This document shows, piece after piece, positions 55,174 to 63,531 of a DNA stretch of 64,000 nucleotides (position 1 is the stretch's first letter; every line of letters begins with the position of its first letter). The notes beneath the pieces were generated by a model. That model had not been told where the DNA came from. It ran no database searches and worked only from the letters and a program-made list of their open reading frames with translations. The stretch comes from a virus. The position numbers were made by a program, and so were the translations under genes. The DNA is taken from the IMG/VR virus record IMGVR_UViG_3300034111_001103, positions 104,935 through 168,934 of that record; one strand, given 5' to 3'.

Positions 55174-56091
55174 TTATAAATGATAGTTCTGGATATTATA
55201 ACTATCCCATCTAGCCCTAGTATTTCTTGTTAATCTTATCATATCCTGGAAGCTTGGGAATTTAGCATATATTTTTGCTTCAGTCAAATATTTATCTTTT
55301 TCTACTTGATAGTATTTTATCTTGTTTTCTATATTAACATCATCTCCATTAACCCAAGAGTTTACTAGGAACCAATGTGTAAGATGCATTTCTAATGCTT
55401 TCTGTATAATAGCATCATTTGGTATTAGAGGTAAACCTGTTTCCATATCCATAGGAAATCTCCAATACTTTAAGTAGATAGTAGCATTTTTTAGATTAGA
55501 TTGTAAGTAATAAGCACCTCCTTGTCTGTTTATAGAGATTTCATAAGGAGAAGAAGAAAATAAATTCTTACAATGTTTGTTACAAATAGTCCCTATACTT
55601 TTTTTATTGTTATATCGCAAGAGGTGAAGATTAGAATATTGAAGTACATTATCTGCACCTGTTACATATTCTGTTATGGTTACTCTGTCTAGTACTTTAT
55701 CTTTTATATCTGTGTTTACACAATATCCTTGAGAAGATGAAGTTGCACAAGTTTGATCATTTAAAATTGTTTCACAAGTTTTTTCTGTAAAGAATACATA
55801 TTTACCTTGGAAATAATTATTTATAGCTGTAGTAGAACTATCACATAACCAAGCACTATCTAACATATAGAAATCACAAGGAAGTTCTACTCTATTTTTT
55901 TCTAAAAGGATAATACCTTCTTTAAACTCAAATACAGCTAATCCCATTTGTTGTATAAACCATTTAATCTCAGGATAAAATCTACTTGAATCAAGTGCTC
56001 CATTATTAACATAGCTAGATAAGTTCTCTTCAATCCTTGCAAATAAACTATCACAACTTACAAGATCAAAATTTGACTCTGGTGTATTCAT
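55174..56091 (-). CDS. tail tubular / ring protein
   Basis: ELPCDFY, LKY..FPMD..GLPLIP; conserved position before the tail stabilisation gene. Confidence 0.72.
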   Translation of the reverse strand: MNTPESNFDLVSCDSLFARIEENLSSYVNNGALDSSRFYPEIKWFIQQMGLAVFEFKEGIILLEKNRVELPCDFYMLDSAWLCDSSTTAINNYFQGKYVFFTEKTCETILNDQTCATSSSQGYCVNTDIKDKVLDRVTITEYVTGADNVLQYSNLHLLRYNNKKSIGTICNKHCKNLFSSSPYEISINRQGGAYYLQSNLKNATIYLKYWRFPMDMETGLPLIPNDAIIQKALEMHLTHWFLVNSWVNGDDVNIENKIKYYQVEKDKYLTEAKIYAKFPSFQDMIRLTRNTRARWDSYNIQNYHL

Positions 56092-56729
56092 TATTCTGGC
56101 TTTATTTTGTAGTGATAGAAATCATGAAAATTCCATTCATAATAATCTCTATCACCTGATTTAATAATATCATATAATTTGTTTTTATAATCTCTAGATA
56201 TTTCAAATATCCAAGCTCTTGATTTCTTGAAAGAGCAATTTCTATGATTAAACCAAACAAATTTATAAGTATAAAACATAGAATGAGCATTTGTGTGAAT
56301 TTTTAGCTCTCCATTTTTAGCTTTATTTCTATCTTGTCTTCTTTCTATAGAAGTATTGTATCTTTTAAGATACATTTTCTTTCTCCATTCTGGTATCTTG
56401 AGTTTCTCTATATCTTCATAAGTTTCATATTTATCTTCTCTAAACTCTTTAGGCATATGTTTAGATATAGCTAGTACACCATTAAGTTTGTTTCCTACTT
56501 CTAAGTATAAACCTTCAGGATTATCAAAGAGAAACTGAACTAATTTTTCATTACAATGTCTAATTGTATTTTTTATTAGACTATCAGGTAATTGTTTTTT
56601 CTTAAGGTTTAATCTAGTTCTTATTCTTCTAAAGAGGTTTTCAGACTTAAATATATTTTCATTTAAACCTTTAGAGGGTAATCTCATTTTAGCTAGTTTC
56701 TGAGCTAATTCTTTATCTCTATCTGTCAT
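56091..56729 (-). CDS. conserved crAss-like basic protein (IHF-like position)
   Basis: Basic protein with N.HS...YKF.W motif between the ring proteins. Confidence 0.55.
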   Translation of the reverse strand: MTDRDKELAQKLAKMRLPSKGLNENIFKSENLFRRIRTRLNLKKKQLPDSLIKNTIRHCNEKLVQFLFDNPEGLYLEVGNKLNGVLAISKHMPKEFREDKYETYEDIEKLKIPEWRKKMYLKRYNTSIERRQDRNKAKNGELKIHTNAHSMFYTYKFVWFNHRNCSFKKSRAWIFEISRDYKNKLYDIIKSGDRDYYEWNFHDFYHYKIKPE

Positions 56730-57444
56730 TGTTAATATCTCTCTGATTATTTTTATCCTGACTCATATTAGGATAGTCATCTAAAGGTATTTGTAAATAA
56801 ACTTGTCTAAGTTGATTATACATTTCTCTAGATACATCATTTCTCAAGTTTTCAGGGATAGGCATTTCATATTCTAGAGGGTTTATACATATCTTTTTAG
56901 AGTCAGACTTAGCATTTAGTTCATCAGCTTTCCAAGGTTCTATAAACCATCCTTCTAATCTTATAGATTCAGGAGTTCCTATTTCTCCTACAGGAATAGG
57001 AATATAAATATAATTATTTATAATCCAATAGAATTTTTTAGATTTATCTTTATACTCTCTTTTTTGTATAGCTTTCCATATTCTAGGAGTTGTAGGGTCA
57101 TAAAAAGATCCTAAATTATTAGAAGATACATATTTAATAACATTACCAAACATAGAAGTAAAAGTATTTGGAATAGGATATTTAGATTTCATAAGTTTTT
57201 GACATATCCTAGTATCTATCTCACAACATTCAGTAACAGGTACTTCTACCATTTCTAGACAATCAATAGACTTCCAACCTTCTTGTAATTTATATAATCT
57301 TCTAGAACTATTATTAGATTTAGCTACAAAATCTGAAGCTATATCTATAGATTTAAAATATATGAATTTAGGGGATAAGTAAGTATCTCCTTCATATGCT
57401 TTAAAGTCATTGGTTATATTAGAAACATATTGTTTAATAATCAT
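56719..57444 (-). CDS. ring / head-tail connector protein
   Basis: CLEMVEV...CC....KSKYPIP, YWIINNYIY motifs. Confidence 0.68.
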   Translation of the reverse strand: MIIKQYVSNITNDFKAYEGDTYLSPKFIYFKSIDIASDFVAKSNNSSRRLYKLQEGWKSIDCLEMVEVPVTECCEIDTRICQKLMKSKYPIPNTFTSMFGNVIKYVSSNNLGSFYDPTTPRIWKAIQKREYKDKSKKFYWIINNYIYIPIPVGEIGTPESIRLEGWFIEPWKADELNAKSDSKKICINPLEYEMPIPENLRNDVSREMYNQLRQVYLQIPLDDYPNMSQDKNNQRDINNDR

Positions 57445-57477
57445 TTTTTAATCTTAAATTGAGTTATAAATATAAAC

Positions 57478-57512
57478 AAAAAATTCCACTTACAAAAATA
57501 TATAAGTGGAAT
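57478..57512 (-). terminator. intrinsic terminator with a TAnnTTTG box in its loop
   Basis: ATTCCACTTA / TAAGTGGAAT 10-bp stem plus T-run on - strand; TATTTTTG at 57500-57493. Confidence 0.75.
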
Positions 57513-57531
57513 CAGTTATGTGGGTTTTTAG

Positions 57532-58806
57532 TTATTTAATTACCTTTCTTAATATATTAGATAATCCATCTTGTTCAAATAAGAAAGTCACTAATTCTGC
57601 TTTAGAACATAAATGACCTTTTTTATCATCCCAAGAAGACTTAGCTGTTGATAATTGAGGTACTTGATATGTTCTTACTCCATTATAATCATAAGCTTGT
57701 TCGTGGTGGCGATCTCCTGTAATAACGAAATAGTTATCAAAACTAGACCATTTATCTTTAGCTATAATAGGAAACTTAGTAGCTAAATCTTTAGGTTTCA
57801 TTTCATCTCCATGATTCATAAGTATTAGGTTAGTGGAGTATTCTAATATTTTTGTATTTTTCAAATCAGAATCTATAGTGATAGAATCGTTTTTAAAGAA
57901 TACTTGCTCTAGTAAGTGAGCTAAATGCCAAGATACATTATGATCATGATTACCATTTAAAAGAACAACTTCTACTTTAGGAGTATAAAATCTTAAAAGT
58001 TTTATCAGTTCTATAGTATAGTTAGATATTCTTTTAAAACCTTCTTGATAAGAAACTATATTTGATTGTATTGTCCCTTTTGTTGTTGCTCCTGTCCATT
58101 CAGAGTTAAATTCATCTGACCCTACTATATAGATTATTTTTTCTAGACTATTGGTTAATTGTACTTTTTCTAGTTGAGAAAGTAGAGATTTAGTAAATGT
58201 TTCAAATCTTTTTTCCATATCATTATTACCATCAACATCTCTTTTATCCCAATGTACATCTTGTTTAGGTATCAAGAGACAAGCTTTTTCTTTATTATTT
58301 ACTATAGTTTTAGGTAAAAGAGGTAAAGGTTTAATTTGGTTAATAGCTTCTATAAAAGCTTCATCTAAGTTAATAGTTTGATTACCAACCTTAGCTCTCT
58401 GATTAACAGTTATAGCATACTTACCTCCAAAAGAAGTTTTGTGATATATTTGAGATATAGTCCACTTAGTAATATCAATATTGAAGTGAGAAATAATTTC
58501 TTCTTCAGATGGAATATTATCTGCTGTAAAGCTAAATTCTTTAGTTCCTTGATTTTTATCTTCTTTAGAGTTTAGAAAAGGGTATTTATCTGTGGAGTTT
58601 AATACTTTTATAGGAGAAGATTGTTTTTGTCTTAGTTGTAGGAATTTTCTCCTTAGTGATTCTGAGTCTGAAGTTATTTTAGTTTGTTTGTATAATTGGT
58701 TTGCTATAGTAGACCATCTAAAGTCTTTATCTGTAGTTCTTGAAGATTCTATAGAATCAAAGTTTGTTGAGAGATAGTTTTCTATTTGTTCTTTAATACT
58801 AATCAT
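57532..58806 (-). CDS. calcineurin-like phosphoesterase with N-terminal HTH-like region
   Basis: QDVH, GSDEFN, GNHD, NHGD, GDRHH. Confidence 0.8.
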   Translation of the reverse strand: MISIKEQIENYLSTNFDSIESSRTTDKDFRWSTIANQLYKQTKITSDSESLRRKFLQLRQKQSSPIKVLNSTDKYPFLNSKEDKNQGTKEFSFTADNIPSEEEIISHFNIDITKWTISQIYHKTSFGGKYAITVNQRAKVGNQTINLDEAFIEAINQIKPLPLLPKTIVNNKEKACLLIPKQDVHWDKRDVDGNNDMEKRFETFTKSLLSQLEKVQLTNSLEKIIYIVGSDEFNSEWTGATTKGTIQSNIVSYQEGFKRISNYTIELIKLLRFYTPKVEVVLLNGNHDHNVSWHLAHLLEQVFFKNDSITIDSDLKNTKILEYSTNLILMNHGDEMKPKDLATKFPIIAKDKWSSFDNYFVITGDRHHEQAYDYNGVRTYQVPQLSTAKSSWDDKKGHLCSKAELVTFLFEQDGLSNILRKVIK

Positions 58807-58837
58807 TGGTTTTTTTATTTTGTTAAAAATTATTTGC

Positions 58838-58845
58838 CAAAGTTA
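58838..58845 (-). promoter_or_regulatory. putative -7 promoter box TAACTTTG
   Basis: Exact TAnnTTTG about 30 nt upstream of the ATG at 58806; no clear -33 element. Confidence 0.5.
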
Positions 58846-58926
58846 CAGACTTTTTTTGACATTTAGTATGTTTTTTGAAATATTTATTTTTTAGGTAAGC
58901 CTAAAAAAAGTTTAGGTGTGTCTAAA

Positions 58927-61191
58927 TTATGGTTTTAATTTTAAGAAAACACCCCATGCACTATCACCACTATTTGCTAGTGTTATTGAAACTACCAAAT
59001 ATTTATTTGTTGTAAAATCTGGTGTAATTGTAACAGGAGCTGTAGTAGATGCAACACCTACATCTATTAGTGATGTAGAACTTGTTGGCAATATTCTAGT
59101 ACCTGCACCTGTCCCATCTTTCTTTTTAATATTAATATATCTTTGAGCAGTTGCATTTCTAGTTGTAACGCCTAATGAAGCACTTTGAAAGACTAATATT
59201 GGACTACCTGATAAATTAGCAGTAGAATTTATATACATTTTTAATGTTACAGTTCCTGCACTACCTGTTTTTTCTATTTTAAAACTTGCATCCAAACTTA
59301 AATCATCTTTAATTAAGGAGCTTGATATTAGTTCTGCATAAGTAACAGTTTCAGCTGTTGTGCCTGTTACTATTGTGCCATCTGCACCTTGATTAATAAT
59401 AGGTAATAAATAATCTAATCCTAAATTTGTTCTAGCAGTTGTAGCACTTGCTAAATCACTTAGATTATTGGTAGGGTTTAGAGGAATATATCCTAATGCA
59501 CTTTGTTTTCCATTAAATGTAGTCCAATCTGTTGAACTTAATACACCTCTATTAGTAGCAGATGCAGTAGGTAAATTTAATGTATGAGTAGTTCCAACAG
59601 AACTAACTGCAAAGTCAGTTCCACTTGTACCTGTAACTATTGTTTGTGATGCACCCGTAAGAGAATTAATAGCAGTTATACCTGTTCCTGCCATAATTCC
59701 TGACTGTTGGGTAACTGTCATAATAACTGATGCAGCAGAAGGTGGAGGAGAACCTGCTGCATAGAACTCCATAGTTACATTAGTGTGGTTGTTTGTACTC
59801 CAAACTAATTCATAATATTGTCCTGCTACAACACTTAGTACATAATTCCAACTTGTTATTACATGTCCTTCATTTCCTACACCTGCTGCTCTTCTTTTTG
59901 GAATTTGAACAAATCCTGATGACCCTGTTACATCTGTTCCATTTAGCCTCAACCAAATAGTTACGTTATGTTCTGCATTATCAATATTTTGAAACTGAGA
60001 ACTAAACTGTATGTTATATATACCTGTATTTGCAAATGTTATTCTTGTAGGATCACCACTTCCATTATTAACAATTGATATACCATTTGGAGTAATATCA
60101 GCTATTTCAAATCTCATAGGGTATCCCACATTACTAGCAGCAGCAGTTTGTGTTGCATCTGTCTGCCAAGCTCCATAATATCCTAATGGTGTAGGAGTAG
60201 TTGCATTACTAAGTGTTCCTCCTGTTAAAGTTAATCCTGAGCCAACAGTTATTTCTTCCATTATACCTGTACCAGCAGAACTTCTCCCTACTAACTTATT
60301 AGTGTTTATAGAAGTAGTAATTGTACCTGCACTAGTAATAGGTCCACCTGAAATTAATCCTGTAGTTCCTACAGAGGTAACTGTTCCTGTACCGTAAGTT
60401 GGAGTAAAATACTCTAATGCTGTTTCTCCTGAATTAACTCTAGCTAATTTTAAAGAATTGCCTGTAAGAGAATCTAAAGGAGCTAATTTACTATTTAAAG
60501 ATAATGTTCCTGAAGAAGTAATAGTTCCTCCTGTCAATCCTGTTCCTGTAGCAACTGATGTAACTGTTCCTGTATATTGATCTGCTGAAGATATAGTAAA
60601 ATTAGGATAAGTGCCTGTAATAGTAGTAGTACCCCCCTGAGTAAGAACTACAGTTTGGTCAGGAAGTGTATTTGTTATAACTCCTGTTAAATTATTATAA
60701 GATATTCCTGTACCAGATGATAAATCTGTTAATTTTATATACCCTGAATCATTATTAAAAATAGATATATTTTGTCCTGTTAAAGCTGTGATAGCTCTAG
60801 GAGAAGTAAAGTATAAATTAGAACCTTCTGTTAAATCTGTAGTTGTTTTAGTAGAAAACGCTGTGTTAAATCTAGTAGATGTATAATAAAGATTAGTTCC
60901 TTCAGGAAGATTTGTTGTAGAACAAGTAGATAATTGAGAACAATTAAAAGATCCTCCTCCTCCAGTGCTATTAATAGTAATAGAATTATTAGTAGGAACT
61001 AAAGTAATATTATCCCCTGCTATAAGAGATTTAAATTGAAATATATTATACTTGTTCTTTTTATAAAATACCCCTTCTCCTAATCCTATATTAGCACCAT
61101 TAGTAGATGCACAACAACATTCTACTTTATCTAGTCTATCATAGATTTTTTTAAGTACACTATCAAATTGATATAAATTATATTCTGGCAT
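58927..61191 (-). CDS. tail fibre protein with C1q/BclA-like domain
   Basis: G/T/S-rich; T.NL.EG.NLY.T repeat x2; GTVTSV repeat x2; GYYGAW...RITFANTGIYNIQFS.Q. Confidence 0.78.
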   Translation of the reverse strand: MPEYNLYQFDSVLKKIYDRLDKVECCCASTNGANIGLGEGVFYKKNKYNIFQFKSLIAGDNITLVPTNNSITINSTGGGGSFNCSQLSTCSTTNLPEGTNLYYTSTRFNTAFSTKTTTDLTEGSNLYFTSPRAITALTGQNISIFNNDSGYIKLTDLSSGTGISYNNLTGVITNTLPDQTVVLTQGGTTTITGTYPNFTISSADQYTGTVTSVATGTGLTGGTITSSGTLSLNSKLAPLDSLTGNSLKLARVNSGETALEYFTPTYGTGTVTSVGTTGLISGGPITSAGTITTSINTNKLVGRSSAGTGIMEEITVGSGLTLTGGTLSNATTPTPLGYYGAWQTDATQTAAASNVGYPMRFEIADITPNGISIVNNGSGDPTRITFANTGIYNIQFSSQFQNIDNAEHNVTIWLRLNGTDVTGSSGFVQIPKRRAAGVGNEGHVITSWNYVLSVVAGQYYELVWSTNNHTNVTMEFYAAGSPPPSAASVIMTVTQQSGIMAGTGITAINSLTGASQTIVTGTSGTDFAVSSVGTTHTLNLPTASATNRGVLSSTDWTTFNGKQSALGYIPLNPTNNLSDLASATTARTNLGLDYLLPIINQGADGTIVTGTTAETVTYAELISSSLIKDDLSLDASFKIEKTGSAGTVTLKMYINSTANLSGSPILVFQSASLGVTTRNATAQRYINIKKKDGTGAGTRILPTSSTSLIDVGVASTTAPVTITPDFTTNKYLVVSITLANSGDSAWGVFLKLKP

Positions 61192-61588
61192 TGATAAATA
61201 TTTGTAATATTTGGTTTAATGATTTTTCTGTATAGTAATTAACTTGTCTGTTAGTTAATCTTCTTACTATTATACCTTCTTTTTTTAATCTTCTAGTTCT
61301 TAGATTATCTTTCTTTTTTTGTTCTGGAGTAGTATGGTATTGTGCTCCATCTATTTCTAAAGCTATATTAGTCTTAGGAAAGTAAAAGTCTAGTATATAA
61401 AGTTTCTTTTTGTTACATATTATGGGATGTTGGAATATATATTCTGCTCCTAGAGTATCTAACATACTTTTAATTTTAAGTTCCCATTTAGTTGCATTGT
61501 GGATAAGCTTTTTAGAATAAAAAACCCCAGCTCTTTCAAGAAGTTCTAGGGTTATTTGTTGTTTAGACTTTTTCTTTTTAAGAGCCAT
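61178..61588 (-). CDS. DUF559/Vsr-like PD-(D/E)XK endonuclease
   Basis: FQHPI...YILDFY.....LEIDG..H....D..R...L. Confidence 0.82.
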   Translation of the reverse strand: MALKKKKSKQQITLELLERAGVFYSKKLIHNATKWELKIKSMLDTLGAEYIFQHPIICNKKKLYILDFYFPKTNIALEIDGAQYHTTPEQKKKDNLRTRRLKKEGIIVRRLTNRQVNYYTEKSLNQILQIFINARI

Positions 61589-62079
61589 TATATATTTACA
61601 TAAGTAGTTCCAGGGATAAAATCTTTTTTATTATATTTTGCTAATAATTGTTGCCAAGTATATCCAAAAGTTTTTTCTAAATGTGGAAAATCTTTTATAG
61701 ATTTGAAGTTTCCTCCCCAACCATAACCTGCTTTAAGAAATATTTTTACTACTTCTAACCAATCGGCTATTTTATCTCCATCCCAATCTTTAGCAGTATC
61801 CCAAGATATTTCTTTTCCATCTATTAGGAAAGCAAAGTCTATGGCTAAACCATAATTATGGTATGAACTACCTCCCTTAGCTTTAGTTACTATTTTACCT
61901 GGAGCAGTTCTTCCTTGAGCATATAGAGCATCTTGTTCTGTAATGGTTCTTAATCCTTGTACTATTCTTATAGTTAATTTAGAAGAAATAGCAGAGTTAG
62001 CTTCTATTACTAATTTTTTTACTTCTTCTCTTATTTTTGGGTGTAAAAGTGCTATCCTTTGTTCTGTTATTTTATCCAT
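61588..62079 (-). CDS. endolysin, M15 family L-Ala-D-Glu peptidase
   Basis: GLRT..EQ..LYAQGR, SYHNYGLAID, WGG, DFPHLE. Confidence 0.92.
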   Translation of the reverse strand: MDKITEQRIALLHPKIREEVKKLVIEANSAISSKLTIRIVQGLRTITEQDALYAQGRTAPGKIVTKAKGGSSYHNYGLAIDFAFLIDGKEISWDTAKDWDGDKIADWLEVVKIFLKAGYGWGGNFKSIKDFPHLEKTFGYTWQQLLAKYNKKDFIPGTTYVNI

Positions 62080-62081
62080 AA

Positions 62082-62675
62082 TTATTTAAATATTCCTATT
62101 AATAATCCAGTTCCCAATCCTACTGCTGTACCCAATATAGTATAACCTATAGTTTTACCTGTAGATACTCTTTTTTGTTTCTTAAGAGATTTATTTAAGA
62201 AAAAAATATCTTCTTTCATTTTAAAAGCTTTATACTCTTGAGTGTTTATGATGCTATCAAGAACTTCTATTTTAGAAGTTTGTATCTTTATAATAGTATC
62301 ATTTATTTTACTTAAAGAATCACAATTAGCAAAAGCTTGGTCTAAAGTTTCTATTAAAGTAATAGTATCTATTTTATTATCAGCTAAGTCTTGTTTAACT
62401 TTTACTATTTTAGTTTTATATTCTGTATGTTTTAAGTATACAGTATCTTTTATAATTTGTGTTTTTTGAAGAGATTTATTTATAACTAAAAGTGAATCTT
62501 CATAAAGTTTTATCTTTTGTTCAAATTCTCTTAGCTTTAAATCTTTTTGTGTTAAAGGTTTAGGAGAGTTACAAGCTTTTAAGAGACTTGCAATTATAAT
62601 TATTAAAATTATTATTCCTAAAAACCCTAATATCATTTTACCTTTTTTAGTTTTTAATATATTATTTATTTCCAT
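62082..62675 (-). CDS. putative spanin (N-terminal hydrophobic segment plus Cys, coiled coil, C-terminal TM)
   Basis: ILGFLGIIILIIIIASLLKAC; C-terminal TIGYTILGTAVGLGTGLLIGIFK; adjacent to the endolysin. Confidence 0.6.
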   Translation of the reverse strand: MEINNILKTKKGKMILGFLGIIILIIIIASLLKACNSPKPLTQKDLKLREFEQKIKLYEDSLLVINKSLQKTQIIKDTVYLKHTEYKTKIVKVKQDLADNKIDTITLIETLDQAFANCDSLSKINDTIIKIQTSKIEVLDSIINTQEYKAFKMKEDIFFLNKSLKKQKRVSTGKTIGYTILGTAVGLGTGLLIGIFK

Positions 62676-62678
62676 TTT

Positions 62679-63116
62679 TTATATTTTGTGAGTTCCTAGT
62701 ATAATGTAAGGTTCATTGTTTTTATATAAAGGTGTACCACTACACTCTACATTTAAAATACTACCATCTTTTTTAGTATGTGTTATAGTATTTATAAAAC
62801 ATGACTCACTTTTATTTTTTATCAATTCTTCTAACATCTTAAAACCTTTTTCTAATTCTTTATGGTTTGCTGTTTTATAAAAAAAGTCTATTTTTTCTAT
62901 TACTTCATTTCTATTGTAATCAAGTAATTCAAGAAATTTATTTGATAAATATAAATCTTTTGATTCATAACTAAATAACCAAAAACCTCCAGATACAAAT
63001 TCATCAGAACCAGTATTTTGTATAAATTCACCTATTTCTTTTATTGTAGATAAATCTTTACTAGCAAGAGCAACTCCTAGTTTTAATATTATATTATTAT
63101 GTTCTTTAGTTGGCAT
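62679..63116 (-). CDS. stand-alone PAS domain protein
   Basis: GFWLF....LYLS..F.ELLDY, KKDGS...VECSG, IILGTH follow the PAS_3/PAC pattern. Confidence 0.75.
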   Translation of the reverse strand: MPTKEHNNIILKLGVALASKDLSTIKEIGEFIQNTGSDEFVSGGFWLFSYESKDLYLSNKFLELLDYNRNEVIEKIDFFYKTANHKELEKGFKMLEELIKNKSESCFINTITHTKKDGSILNVECSGTPLYKNNEPYIILGTHKI

Positions 63117-63511
63117 TACGATTCAATATTATTTCTCTTTTTAATCTCAATAGCCATTTCAGTAATAAAAGGATTTGTTCCTTCTGGAAGTGATTTTTCA
63201 AGCCAAGCCAACAAAGTTTTAATGTAGATTGTATTCTCTGCTATATGCTTGTCAAGCCTATATATTTCTAATCTTAGTTTTTCTACTTCTTGTCTCAAAA
63301 GAGCATTTTCTTGTTTAATATCTTCATTTCTTTTTCTTTCTTCTTCTTCTTTTAAAAGTTCATCAGCATCTTCTTTATCTTGTTTTGCTTTTTTATTAGC
63401 AAAAATATAATCCCACCAAGATCTAAGTATGCCACTTTTATCAAAGAAAAAAAGTACTATAGCTCCTAATACTACTGTTATAAATGTTTCATTTGTTACT
63501 ATTTCTTTCAT
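63116..63511 (-). CDS. holin-like membrane protein with C-terminal coiled coil (probable start MKEIV at 63511)
   Basis: FITVVLGAIVLFFF TM segment, then ENALLRQEVEKLRLEI coiled coil; first gene of the lysis cassette. Confidence 0.55.
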   Translation of the reverse strand: MKEIVTNETFITVVLGAIVLFFFDKSGILRSWWDYIFANKKAKQDKEDADELLKEEEERKRNEDIKQENALLRQEVEKLRLEIYRLDKHIAENTIYIKTLLAWLEKSLPEGTNPFITEMAIEIKKRNNIES

Positions 63512-63531
63512 ACAAAAATAATAATTATATT

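Noticed and set aside
58887-58908. TTTTTTAGG-TAAG-CCTAAAAAA hairpin after the tail fibre gene
   Set aside because: Stem is mostly homopolymer and there is no U-tract on the coding strand; too weak to call.
9110-62469. Short antisense or alternate-frame ORFs in the track (e.g. 9110-9355, 17808-18020, 23242-23457, 26987-27325, 39123-39584, 56102-56290, 58378-58777, 62242-62469)
   Set aside because: They lie inside well-supported genes, have the F/L/I/S-rich composition of shadow frames and lack leaders.
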